64,000 nucleotides of DNA from Candidatus Hydrogenedens sp. (GCA_049968235.1 JBMFRC010000001.1:256001-320000); one strand, 5' to 3'; positions 28,546 through 37,686 are shown, counted from the first letter of the stretch. Program-made: numbers and translations. Notes: generated by a model from the sequence alone, not told the origin.

Positions 28546-29844
28546 TTATTCTTTGTTTTGATTTTCTGCGTAATCCAGTATTCCATTTCCATTTGCGTCA
28601 ATGTCCTGTTCATTAGGGATGCCATCTCCATCCCAATCCTGTTCAGTGCGGTTATCGGGGTCTAAATAATTAGGGATACTATCTCCATCACTATCTTCAA
28701 TAAAATCAGGGATACCGTTGTTGTTCAAGTCAAATTTGCAATGGTTCCCATTACAAATCTGATTTTCGATAAAATCCGGTATATGATTTCGGTTTGTATC
28801 TGTAACTTCGGGTATTTGCAAACTATCCAGCCATGCCATAATTTGCTGTTGGAGTTCAGTCTGGAACTGATTCATAATAAGGTTCGTGATGGACTCCGGT
28901 CCCGGTACTCCTAACTGGATAAGTGAATTTTTAATCATTTGTTGAAAGCATTGAATCAGAGGTAAAACCATCTCCGGATAGCCATCTATCTCAATCCGAT
29001 TTAATGAAGGGGTAAGAAGAGTATCCTTATGGGGTTGGATACATGTCCCTAAACTCTGGAGTAGCGTGTTTATTAAATTTTCATTAAATCCAAGTGTTTG
29101 TAAATAGGGAATTGACAGAAGTTGGGTTTTAATCTCGTTAATGAGTTGTTCATAAATATCCGGAATTTGATTACCATTTTCATCCATATCTGGCAGAGGC
29201 TCGGCAATTCTCCCCAATAAGTTCCTTAAATCGGGAATTGGGATATTGGATTGCTGTAAATTCAGATTGTTCAACTGTAAAGGCTTACCCGTGGATAATT
29301 GTAATAACGGGATAGCTAATGAATTTAAGGGACCTATCGGAGCAAGGATAGGAAAAGATTGTAAGCCATTTCCCGAATTGCTTATCATTCCAAAAGCCCA
29401 TGTGGTCCCAACAGGAAGAAGCATCTGGAATATCCCATCCGGAGATATTTCTGAAGTTATTATCCTGCCATCTTCTGAAAGGGCTACAAATAATGGAGAT
29501 GTTCCCTGTTGTTCATTGCCGAATGTAGAGGCTATTTGTCCTTCCAGAGGTTGGACCAATCCACCAGTTCCTAACACAGAATTTATCAGTGTTTGAATAT
29601 CAAGAACATCCACCATGTCATTCTGGTTAACATCTGCCATAGGAACAGGGGCATTGATTCCGATAGCGATATTAATTCCGTTCTGGACATCCAGAATATC
29701 AATTACTCCATCTTTATTAACATCGCCCGGTATAGCGTCAATTGCTCCCCATGATATAAATGGGAAAAGCAATAGGGCAAAGATTATAAATCTCTGGAGT
29801 AAATATATTTTCCCGCTTTGGGTTGTTTTTAACTTGTTATTCAT
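28546..29844 (-). CDS. Secreted dockerin-domain protein with C-terminal thrombospondin type-3-like Ca-binding repeats
   Basis: Signal peptide, then two canonical dockerin repeats (GDVNKDGVIDILDVQNGINIAIG and ADVNQNDMVDVLDIQTLINSVLG). The C-terminus has Asp/Asn-rich TSP3-like repeats (DTNRNHIPDF..., DLNNNGIPDFIEDSDGDSIPNYLDPDN..., DWDGDGIPNEQDIDANGNGILDY). Confidence 0.55.
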   Translation of the reverse strand: MNNKLKTTQSGKIYLLQRFIIFALLLFPFISWGAIDAIPGDVNKDGVIDILDVQNGINIAIGINAPVPMADVNQNDMVDVLDIQTLINSVLGTGGLVQPLEGQIASTFGNEQQGTSPLFVALSEDGRIITSEISPDGIFQMLLPVGTTWAFGMISNSGNGLQSFPILAPIGPLNSLAIPLLQLSTGKPLQLNNLNLQQSNIPIPDLRNLLGRIAEPLPDMDENGNQIPDIYEQLINEIKTQLLSIPYLQTLGFNENLINTLLQSLGTCIQPHKDTLLTPSLNRIEIDGYPEMVLPLIQCFQQMIKNSLIQLGVPGPESITNLIMNQFQTELQQQIMAWLDSLQIPEVTDTNRNHIPDFIENQICNGNHCKFDLNNNGIPDFIEDSDGDSIPNYLDPDNRTEQDWDGDGIPNEQDIDANGNGILDYAENQNKE

Positions 29845-29925
29845 ATCGAAAATCCTTCTAAAAAATATTATTTACTAATTTTATGAAACTTTATAGATAA
29901 TAAGAGAGAAATGACAAGATATGTG

Positions 29926-30417
29926 TTAGCAAACGGGAGGGGCATGACAGAGAAAGCCTGTTAGAAAGTAAGGTTCTGTTTTAAGTCTGCGACCTCTATC
30001 CTCCGGGATAGGGGACAAACGAGTGGCTTTGTACTCTGTTTCTTTGACAAAACCTGAATAAGGCTTGAAAATGTTACCTTTGCAAAAATTGGATATTGAT
30101 TGGCTATTAACTTGAACAAAAGCGACAGGAACCTGTGACCTCTTTCCCTGCCATTTCTTTTCCAACCGATTAAATAAAATCTGTAAATCTATAACATCAA
30201 TCTTATTGTCTCCATTCTGGTCTCCTATAGAAGCAAGAGAATTTCTCTGGAGTAGGGAATGCTGAAGTAAATTCAGGTCCAGAATGTCAATTTTCCCATC
30301 AAGATTTAAATCACCCGTTTTGTAATCACAAACATTTTGATTGGATAAACAAAAGGCGAACAACACCCCGCAGGAAAGAAGTAAATAAAATATTTTCTTG
30401 CCAATTAAAAACATCAT
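29926..30417 (-). CDS. Small secreted dockerin-domain protein
   Basis: Signal peptide, then two dockerin repeats (GDLNLDGKIDILDLNLLQHSLLQ and GDQNGDNKIDVIDLQILFNRLEK), followed by an approximately 80-aa C-terminal region of unknown function. Confidence 0.5.
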   Translation of the reverse strand: MMFLIGKKIFYLLLSCGVLFAFCLSNQNVCDYKTGDLNLDGKIDILDLNLLQHSLLQRNSLASIGDQNGDNKIDVIDLQILFNRLEKKWQGKRSQVPVAFVQVNSQSISNFCKGNIFKPYSGFVKETEYKATRLSPIPEDRGRRLKTEPYFLTGFLCHAPPVC

Positions 30418-30437
30418 TTGAGTCTTTTTATATTTGA

Positions 30438-30483
30438 CATATCACTAATTTTCTTATTTACATATCACTAATTTTCTTATTTA
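30438..30483. repeat. Perfect 23-bp tandem direct repeat (x2) in the leader of the dockerin/cohesin cluster
   Basis: CATATCACTAATTTTCTTATTTA occurs at 30438-30460 and again at 30461-30483. It lies between a candidate minus-strand promoter (TATAAT as the reverse complement of 30484-30489; TTCAAA as the reverse complement of 30507-30512) and the start codon at 30417. Confidence 0.7.
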
Positions 30484-30667
30484 ATTATACACTATTTAAA
30501 TAACATTTTGAAATTTTTTTGTAACATTTTTCGTTCATATTAGTAAAATAATAGAGAATAGGTTCTTTGAAAATTGAATATTAAGGTAATGAAGCAAGAG
30601 TTTTTAATATCCCTTCCTTACCTCTCTCCTTATAAATAAATCTTCCCTTAAACTCTCTTCATATCCT

Positions 30668-30750
30668 GGGCGTCATCGTTTCCCTTCCACAATCGCCAAG
30701 TAGAATTACATGCAAAAAATGCATACTCATTAAATTACATGATGACGCCC
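30668..30750. repeat. 10-bp perfect inverted repeat (GGGCGTCATC / GATGACGCCC) enclosing direct repeats and a small palindrome
   Basis: Arms at 30668-30677 and 30741-30750. The enclosed segment has AATTACATG twice (30706-30714 and 30733-30741) and ATGCAAAAAATGCAT. Confidence 0.6.
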
Positions 30751-31066
30751 TTCCTTTTTCAACTTTCGAAACATTCCATTCGCCAACATCAATGTTTTAT
30801 ATTTCTACGGTGTCATTTATACTAATACTATATTAAACCTTTTAGGTTTCGTATTCGTATTTGTATCATTACATCAAAAGATAAAAATGTATTTTTTGTG
30901 TCATGTAGGGGGTAAATCATCATTCGCCTAAAAAAATATAATATTGGCATGAACCTGTTTTAAAAGATTAGGGAAATAAATGGTAACATTGAATCACATG
31001 GATGAATAATAACCCGTAACTTTTCCATAGTAGGGATAAAGTATTGGGGTTTATCGATTGTATTCT

Positions 31067-32794
31067 TTATTTATCTGTTTGTGGGGTATAACGGAAAGGA
31101 ATAATTGTAAATGCCATGTCGGATTGAGGAAGTAAATCCGCAAAGAAAATACCGTGTGCTTCTTTTATCAGTAATCGTCGTCCACATACATGACACATAT
31201 ATTCGGAGCCTGGTTCAATATCCTCTGCAATCTTGATATGGGTACTACAGAATGGGCAAGCAAGACTGCGACTATCTCGTTTGTGGTAATCTTGAAGTAG
31301 CGAATGAATTTTTCCCATGTTATATGCTTCTATCAGGGCATCTACCATTTCAGGGTCTAATTGGCTACTCTTTGCGGATATAATTTTTTCGATAGCAATT
31401 TCCGGGTCTAACCCTTTTCGGTAAGGACGATTGCTGGTCATGGCATCCAGCGTATCTGCAACCGCTATTAATCGTCCTTCAGGTGGAATTTCTTTACTCT
31501 TCAACCCATAAGGGTAGCCTTTCCCATCGTATCGTTCATGGTGATATAGACAGTAAGGAATAATCGGCTGGAATAATGCAATGTCTCTCAGTAAATCGGC
31601 TCCTCGTAGGGGATGTATTTTCATTTTTTCAAATTCTTCATCAGTCAATTGCCCTGGTTTTCTCAGGATAGCATCATCTACTGCAATTTTACCGACATCA
31701 TGTAGCACACCTCCCATATATACTTCTTCTATTTTTTCTTCGGACCAACCTAATACTTTCGCTATCTCTATAGCGAAATTTGTTACCCGCCATGTGTGTC
31801 CTATTGTGTAATGGTCTCGCAATTCTACTGCATTAGCAATAGTTGTCAATGTGTCTTTATAACTTTGCTTTATCATTTCGATATATTGTGCGTTACGAAG
31901 GGCTATTGATGCGGGTCCTGCTATAGCCACCAGCATCTCAAGGTCTTCTTGACTGAAAGCACGAGAGGTCCCTCGCGTATCTACATAAATTACACCTAAA
32001 CATTGATTCTGATATACAAGAGGAACACACATAGCGGAAGCAATACGATGTCGAATAATACTGCCTGAAATGTTTTTAAATCGGCTATCTTCTCCTGCGT
32101 TTTGAGTAATTAAAGCCTCTTTCTTCTCAAAAGCACGATTCACAATGGTAGCACTGATTGAAAATTCTTCCACTGCTGTTTTTGTATGGATAAATTCAGG
32201 GACAAGCCGTTTTTTTCGTTTATCCCATAATAAAATGGCTCCATTGTGAGCGGGTAGATGAGAAAAAATCTGTTCTATAATTTTTGAAAATAAGCTCTTT
32301 AAATTATTCTCACTGACGATTATTTGATTTGCGTTATAAACAGCCCGTAAACGATTTTGTATGGACTTTATTTGTTCCTGGGCGACTTTTCCCTGAGGGA
32401 CTTGAAAAAGTGTTTCATGGATGAGACTTAAATCTGCACTTTCAGTGTCTTCATCTAAGGTCGCATCAAAACGCACAGGAGATTTTTCTACATCAGAAGA
32501 AGTTTCTATAACTTCATAGCGAATTAATTGTGTTCCCACACGAAAAACATCTCCCGGTTTAAGCAGATACTCTGTTATTTTTTGATTTCCTACATAAGTT
32601 CCATTAACACTATTTAAATCTTTTAGTAAAGGGCCATCCTCCGTAGGCTCTACTACCGCATGCTTTCTTGACACTTTTGGGTCATCAAGAGTAATAACAT
32701 TTTCCTGTCCTCTACCGATGGTTAAAACCTCATCCGCAGGGAAGGAAACACCTTTTTTTGTTCCCGTTAGGACTACAATATTTGCATCTTTCAT
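31067..32794 (-). CDS. FHA-GAF-HD-GYP c-di-GMP phosphodiesterase with C-terminal zinc-ribbon
   Basis: N-terminal FHA (GRGQENVITLDDPKVSRKHAVV...NGTYVGNQKI), a central GAF-like region, an HD-GYP domain (HD...HHERYDGKGYPYGL) and a C-terminal CPFC...CHVCG motif. Confidence 0.75.
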   Translation of the reverse strand: MKDANIVVLTGTKKGVSFPADEVLTIGRGQENVITLDDPKVSRKHAVVEPTEDGPLLKDLNSVNGTYVGNQKITEYLLKPGDVFRVGTQLIRYEVIETSSDVEKSPVRFDATLDEDTESADLSLIHETLFQVPQGKVAQEQIKSIQNRLRAVYNANQIIVSENNLKSLFSKIIEQIFSHLPAHNGAILLWDKRKKRLVPEFIHTKTAVEEFSISATIVNRAFEKKEALITQNAGEDSRFKNISGSIIRHRIASAMCVPLVYQNQCLGVIYVDTRGTSRAFSQEDLEMLVAIAGPASIALRNAQYIEMIKQSYKDTLTTIANAVELRDHYTIGHTWRVTNFAIEIAKVLGWSEEKIEEVYMGGVLHDVGKIAVDDAILRKPGQLTDEEFEKMKIHPLRGADLLRDIALFQPIIPYCLYHHERYDGKGYPYGLKSKEIPPEGRLIAVADTLDAMTSNRPYRKGLDPEIAIEKIISAKSSQLDPEMVDALIEAYNMGKIHSLLQDYHKRDSRSLACPFCSTHIKIAEDIEPGSEYMCHVCGRRLLIKEAHGIFFADLLPQSDMAFTIIPFRYTPQTDK

Positions 32795-32970
32795 AAACTA
32801 TCTTTCCTTACATTCAATATCATTTTACCTTATAACTCAGGTAAAAAGGAAAGAATTTATTTTGTTTTCTACATAATTTTGTAGAAATAGTAACAACAAA
32901 TATAGAAAAAAAAATTCAAATTTTGGGAAGAAAAATTATAAAATAACTCGTCTTTAGTTTATAAAAAAAA

Positions 32971-33047
32971 TGGCGCGCCCGGCGGGATTTGAACCCACGG
33001 CCCCTTGCTCCGGAGGCAAGTGCTCTATCCAACTGAGCTACAGGCGC
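32971..33047 (-). tRNA. tRNA-Arg (anticodon CCG)
   Basis: The reverse complement reads GCGCCTGTAGCTCAGTTGGATAGAGCACTTGCCTCCGGAGCAAGGGGCCGTGGGTTCAAATCCCGCCGGGCGCGCCA. It has a 7-bp acceptor stem, GTTCAAATCC T-loop, anticodon loop CTCCGGA and an encoded CCA. Confidence 0.85.
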
Positions 33048-33123
33048 GTTGACAACGGTACTCCTATTAATAAGAATATCACATTTGCAGAATCTAATTC
33101 TAAAAAAGGATAGATTTGAGGAA

Positions 33124-34350
33124 CTAATCTTTGTTCCCAAATTCATATTTTATGCCTGCAGATAAACAATGTTCCCAGGGTTCAATATCCCTCTTTTGAT
33201 GTTCACTGTCATATTCATTGGAAAGGGTAAGTTCTACACTCATGTTTTTAGAAACGGGGGTTGATAAATTTGTCAAAGAATTAATACGGTAATAGTCAAT
33301 GCGTTCCAAACTGGGCTCAAATGTTAGGTCATGAGAAAGTTCAGAACTCATAATTTTCCGTGTATATTTACTTCCAATTTTCAAACTCGTGAAATCATTG
33401 GTTGTATTTTCTGCATTTAATGGATTTAAAACTTTTATACTTCCACCAAGAATTCCGCCTAAGTTTGCAATATCTGCTGGATTTTGAATTAATCTTTGAG
33501 AAGAAGTAATTATCTGATTTAGCCCATCCTGAATTTGTTCCTGCTTAACTTCACTTTTCTGAAATGGGACATAGGGGAGCCATTCTTCATGGGTTAACAT
33601 GAGAGCTCCTTCCATAGACCAGGTCTGACGCGGTTGGGATATAATCTCATAACCTGTTCCTCCTCCAATCTGTCCCCTCAATCCTAATTTTCTACCTTCA
33701 TCTCGTTCTGCACCCATATCTGTGTAAATATACCACTTTTCTTCTGGATAGTATTGGTAGCGAAATTTTCCGTCATATCTCCGTGTATTAATTGCATTTT
33801 CAACCTCGCCATAAGCCCCTGATAATTTCATTTCTATGAGGTCCTTTTTCCTTTTCCCGGATACGGTTATACTGCTTTCAAAATTTGTGGTATCTGTTGT
33901 TCCCTTTTGAAGTGATGCAAGGACTTTACCACTTCCCGACCATTTTCTCTTATCTTTTTGTTCTTGCGTTTCTTGTGTTGCTGAATTTTCGGGTACAGGT
34001 GTGATTTTTTGTATATTTTCCCAGGGAATAGACTGTTTCTTTCCTTTTTCTATAATAAACAGCATATCACTTGTAAAATTCATTTTACCCTGAATTACTT
34101 CTCCATTCAGGAGAGATACTTCCCAGGGACCCTCTTGCTCAATTTTCTTTATATCTACTCGCTTTATATTAATAGTTCCCAGAATATCATTATTTAATGT
34201 TAAATGGTCATTTGTTATCTTAAGGATTTGCCCAGTAAGGGTATCACCATTTGTTAATTCAATATGGTCTGAGTAACCAAATGAAACTTTTAATATAGAA
34301 AAAAGCATAATAATAAAAAATATAAATAAACTATGTTTTTTTGATTTCAT
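33124..34350 (-). CDS. DUF481-like putative outer-membrane beta-barrel protein (YdiY-like)
   Basis: Signal peptide, then N-terminal repeats of LTNGDTLTGQI / LLNGEVIQGKM type followed by a long beta-strand-rich region, which matches the DUF481 family architecture. Confidence 0.45.
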   Translation of the reverse strand: MKSKKHSLFIFFIIMLFSILKVSFGYSDHIELTNGDTLTGQILKITNDHLTLNNDILGTINIKRVDIKKIEQEGPWEVSLLNGEVIQGKMNFTSDMLFIIEKGKKQSIPWENIQKITPVPENSATQETQEQKDKRKWSGSGKVLASLQKGTTDTTNFESSITVSGKRKKDLIEMKLSGAYGEVENAINTRRYDGKFRYQYYPEEKWYIYTDMGAERDEGRKLGLRGQIGGGTGYEIISQPRQTWSMEGALMLTHEEWLPYVPFQKSEVKQEQIQDGLNQIITSSQRLIQNPADIANLGGILGGSIKVLNPLNAENTTNDFTSLKIGSKYTRKIMSSELSHDLTFEPSLERIDYYRINSLTNLSTPVSKNMSVELTLSNEYDSEHQKRDIEPWEHCLSAGIKYEFGNKD

Positions 34351-34552
34351 ATATTAATCCCTAAAAAGTATAATCATTTACAATATCGTAATTATTAGAC
34401 GAATGAAGAGGATTTATGTATTCAATTTTATGTGGTAAAATTTAATATTTAAATGTAATAATAGAAACGCAGAAAAAATATAATAGAAAACAATTATGAA
34501 TGTATGATATAAAATTATGATATATTCTTGAATTTCTCTTTGAGGATTTTTT

Positions 34553-35668
34553 ATGCAAATGTTATATGACACATGGCTTTTATGGTCTATCACTTTTTTA
34601 TTTCTTGCTTTACTTGTAGTTTCTTTTATCATTGGTATTTATAAGAAGAAGAAAGAAGAAAAAAAACGCATTTTAAGAGACTGGGAACGGGTCCGCTATA
34701 TTTTGAAGGAGAAGGAATTAAATGAGAAGGAAATAAAACTTTTAGAAGAAATCATACATAAATATGATGCACAAAATCCGCTGGGAGTGACAACTTTTCG
34801 TCAGCATTTTGTCCGCTGTGTATATAAATATATAATAAATGCACGAAAATATCTCGACTTTGAGGAATTGGATGAAGTCGGGGAGATACTTCGTGAAATT
34901 AGTATTCGTTTAGGACACGATTATATTCCTTATGGACAACGTATATACACCACCGTAGAACTTTATCAGAATCAACCATTATGGATGTCGCCTCAGGGAG
35001 AAAATCCATCTTTATGGAGAAAAGGGAATGTTGTTGATATAAATGGTGCTTTTTTTCGAGTTGCTCCATATACACCGCAGGATAGGCTTCCTATAAATTT
35101 AGGGCAATATATATCATTCAAGATGTGGCGGGAAGATGATGCACGGTATCAATTCTCTACTGTGTTACGAAAGATAGAATTAGACCCTGAAGTATATGTA
35201 TTTGACCATGCTTTTTCTTTAGAACGTTTCCAGTCTCGTGCCTATTTTCGTGTTCGATTGGACAAACCTATAGAGGCAGATGTTGTTACGATAGACAAAA
35301 AATATGATTTAAATCAGATTAGTGCGGAAGATGTCTCCTGTAAAATTATTTTCTCAACACGGGCTCGTATTGTTAATCTAAGTGCTGGAGGTTCTGCTAT
35401 ACTGATTGATAGAGATATTGAAGAAGGATTATTTCTTAGAATACTTCTTGATATGGAAGATGATAAGGAACCAAAGTTTATTACTTTGTATATGCGTATT
35501 ATTAATAAAGTAAATGTGGCATTGGGAAGATATATATATCGTGGAGCCTTCATGGGATTAACAGATGAAAATCGTGACCGTCTCGCTAAATATGTATTCC
35601 GCCAACAACCTCCTGTATCCTCTGCACTTCGTGAACAACAGAAAAAAGATGAAGAGAAGAAAATATAA
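34553..35668 (+). CDS. PilZ-domain (c-di-GMP-binding) membrane-anchored protein
   Basis: N-terminal TM helix and coiled-coil. The C-terminal region has PilZ signatures RAYFR (RxxxR) and NLSAGGSAIL (D/NxSxxG). Confidence 0.6.
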   Translation: MQMLYDTWLLWSITFLFLALLVVSFIIGIYKKKKEEKKRILRDWERVRYILKEKELNEKEIKLLEEIIHKYDAQNPLGVTTFRQHFVRCVYKYIINARKYLDFEELDEVGEILREISIRLGHDYIPYGQRIYTTVELYQNQPLWMSPQGENPSLWRKGNVVDINGAFFRVAPYTPQDRLPINLGQYISFKMWREDDARYQFSTVLRKIELDPEVYVFDHAFSLERFQSRAYFRVRLDKPIEADVVTIDKKYDLNQISAEDVSCKIIFSTRARIVNLSAGGSAILIDRDIEEGLFLRILLDMEDDKEPKFITLYMRIINKVNVALGRYIYRGAFMGLTDENRDRLAKYVFRQQPPVSSALREQQKKDEEKKI

Positions 35669-35695
35669 AGTAATACAAGGAAGGCATATTCAGGA

Positions 35696-36445
35696 ATGCA
35701 ATGGGAGCGCATAAAAAACAATCAAAGTAAAATAATTCCTTTGTCCGGAATTTATATTTTTGTTCATACTGCAACATTTTTTGTATATGAACTTTTGTCA
35801 TTAAATTTAGAACTTTCATCGGGGAATTTTCCGAATGATATCTTATTATCCCTTGTAGATGTCGTTAGAGAACTGGTGCTTTGTGCCATTTTAGGTGGGT
35901 TACAATCTATCGTTTTTGCCCGGCTTGGTGTAATCTTAGAATTTCCTATCTGGCGTTGTAAAGATGATAAAGAAGCACTAAGTCGTTTCTTCCTGCTCTG
36001 GTTTGGAATTAATGCAGGACTAATAACCATCAATCGTGTAGCCAATATATTAGCAGAAAAAGGAATTTCAGACCTTGCTTTTTTATTGGGAGGAGTAGGA
36101 CTTATTGCAAATATTATTTATTTACCCCTTACTGTTTGCTGGATGTATTCTGGCGAAAAACTCTCTGAGGATGACTCTTTTCTTCGTGTGTTTCGTCCTA
36201 TCACACGACAATGGGGAGAAACATTAGGAATGTGGGCGATTCTCAGCATTTCCCTTTTTGTTGCTCTGTTTATATTAGGACTGCCCCTATTCCAGGAATC
36301 CTCCATTTTTACAGTTGTCATAAAAACAATTATAATTATACCTCTGGCAGGAATAGACATTTTTGTATTTTGCTGGACATGGCTGTTATGTATTCAGTGT
36401 AGAATTCAAGGATTGGATGAGGATGTATCATTAGATGATTTTTAA
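35696..36445 (+). CDS. Hypothetical polytopic membrane protein
   Basis: 249 aa with about 6 predicted hydrophobic helices and no recognisable motif. It lies between the PilZ gene and the sugar-nucleotidyltransferase gene. Confidence 0.35.
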   Translation: MQWERIKNNQSKIIPLSGIYIFVHTATFFVYELLSLNLELSSGNFPNDILLSLVDVVRELVLCAILGGLQSIVFARLGVILEFPIWRCKDDKEALSRFFLLWFGINAGLITINRVANILAEKGISDLAFLLGGVGLIANIIYLPLTVCWMYSGEKLSEDDSFLRVFRPITRQWGETLGMWAILSISLFVALFILGLPLFQESSIFTVVIKTIIIIPLAGIDIFVFCWTWLLCIQCRIQGLDEDVSLDDF

Positions 36446-36474
36446 CAGTACTAGAAAAGGACTAAGTTATATCC

Positions 36475-37686
36475 ATGAAAGCCATTATTCTTTGTGCGGG
36501 TAAAAGTACACGGACTTATCCGCTTACTGTAACCCGTCCAAAACCACTGCTCCCTCTATTAAATCGACCCATTATTGAATTTCAATTGGAAGGACTTTAT
36601 TCTTTTGTTGACGCGTTTATTCTTGTTGTTGGGTATCGTCAGGAAATGATACAGCAACAATTGGGTGATAACTGGAAAGGAAAAAAGATTACTTATGTTA
36701 TTCAGGAAGAACAGCGAGGAACTGGACACGCTGTATTGATGTGTGAAAAAGAAGTTCAGGGTCCGTTTATCGCGATGAATGGTGATGACCTTTTTGACCC
36801 GAATGACCTAAAAAATCTTGCCCGGCAAAGCAGGCCTTCTGCATTAGTAAAAGAAGTTTCCAATCCCAAAGATTACGGAATATATGAATTGGAGAGCAAC
36901 AATAAAGTAAAAAAACTCGTAGAAAAACCGAAGGTTATATTTTCTAACATTGCAAATATTGGTGCCTATCTATTTACACAGGACATTTTTCCTATCCTGC
37001 ATAGAACACCTTTATCTGAACGCGGAGAAATTGAAATTACTTCTGCAATACAAATAATGGCAGAACAAAAGGGATTCTGGGTAGTTCCCGCGGAGGGATA
37101 CTGGCTACCTATTGGCTACCCATGGGACTTACTTCGGGCAAACGCGTTTCTGTTAGATGGTATGAAAGACGCTACGGTCCTGGGAACAGTCATGTCCGGA
37201 GCATGGATTGAAGGAAATGTTTTTATTGACGAAGGCACAATTGTCCGTCCAGGTAGTTTTATTGAAGGTCCTGCTTACATTGGGAAAAACTGCACAATAG
37301 GACCTAACTGCTGGATAAGACCTTATACGACTATCGGGGATAACTGCCGTGTCGGTCAGGCTTCTGAAATAAAAAATTCTATTTTATTTAACCATGCTTA
37401 CGCACCTCATCAAAACTATGTAGGTGATAGCATTTTAGGTGAAGGAGTCAATCTGGGATGTGGAACGGTAACTGCAAATGTTCGACATGATGGACAAGCT
37501 CCTAAATCCGTTGTAAATGGTGTCCTGATTGAAACAGGATTAAAAAAGTTAGGGGCTGTCTTAGGCGATAATGTCCACACAGGAATCTTAACCGCAATTT
37601 ATCCCGGTCGTAAAATGTGGCCCGGCACATTTACCCGACCTGCAGAGGTAGTTGAACGAGACATCATCGGTGAAGAAAATGGCTGA
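36475..37686 (+). CDS. Sugar-phosphate nucleotidyltransferase with C-terminal left-handed beta-helix (hexapeptide) domain
   Basis: N-terminal ILCAGKSTRTYPLTVTRPKPLLPL (NTP_transferase G-x-G-T-R motif). The C-terminus has hexapeptide repeats (IGKNCTIGPNCWI.., IGDNCRVG..). Confidence 0.65.
   Translation: MKAIILCAGKSTRTYPLTVTRPKPLLPLLNRPIIEFQLEGLYSFVDAFILVVGYRQEMIQQQLGDNWKGKKITYVIQEEQRGTGHAVLMCEKEVQGPFIAMNGDDLFDPNDLKNLARQSRPSALVKEVSNPKDYGIYELESNNKVKKLVEKPKVIFSNIANIGAYLFTQDIFPILHRTPLSERGEIEITSAIQIMAEQKGFWVVPAEGYWLPIGYPWDLLRANAFLLDGMKDATVLGTVMSGAWIEGNVFIDEGTIVRPGSFIEGPAYIGKNCTIGPNCWIRPYTTIGDNCRVGQASEIKNSILFNHAYAPHQNYVGDSILGEGVNLGCGTVTANVRHDGQAPKSVVNGVLIETGLKKLGAVLGDNVHTGILTAIYPGRKMWPGTFTRPAEVVERDIIGEENG

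Noticed and set aside
25744-30417. Considered calling the cohesin/dockerin cluster a cellulosome.
   Set aside because: There are no glycoside hydrolase, CBM or SLH modules in the cluster or window. Anchoring is by TM helix and the only dockerin-tagged enzyme nearby is a peptidase. So I report it as a non-cellulosomal cohesin-dockerin system instead.
30438-30483. Considered the tandem 23-bp repeat as a CRISPR fragment.
   Set aside because: There are only two directly abutting copies with no spacers, and no cas genes in the window.
32795-33123. Looked for a genomic island or integrase next to tRNA-Arg, including the TTCTACA-N6-TGTAGAA inverted repeat at ~32858-32880.
   Set aside because: No integrase/transposase ORF or direct repeat of the tRNA 3' end is visible. 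Flanking genes are ordinary chromosomal genes. The IR may be a small operator but is not distinctive enough to report.
32916-33146. 76-aa minus-strand ORF overlapping the tRNA-Arg gene.
   Set aside because: Its sequence is simply the reverse reading of the tRNA and flanks. The tRNA cloverleaf explains the locus.
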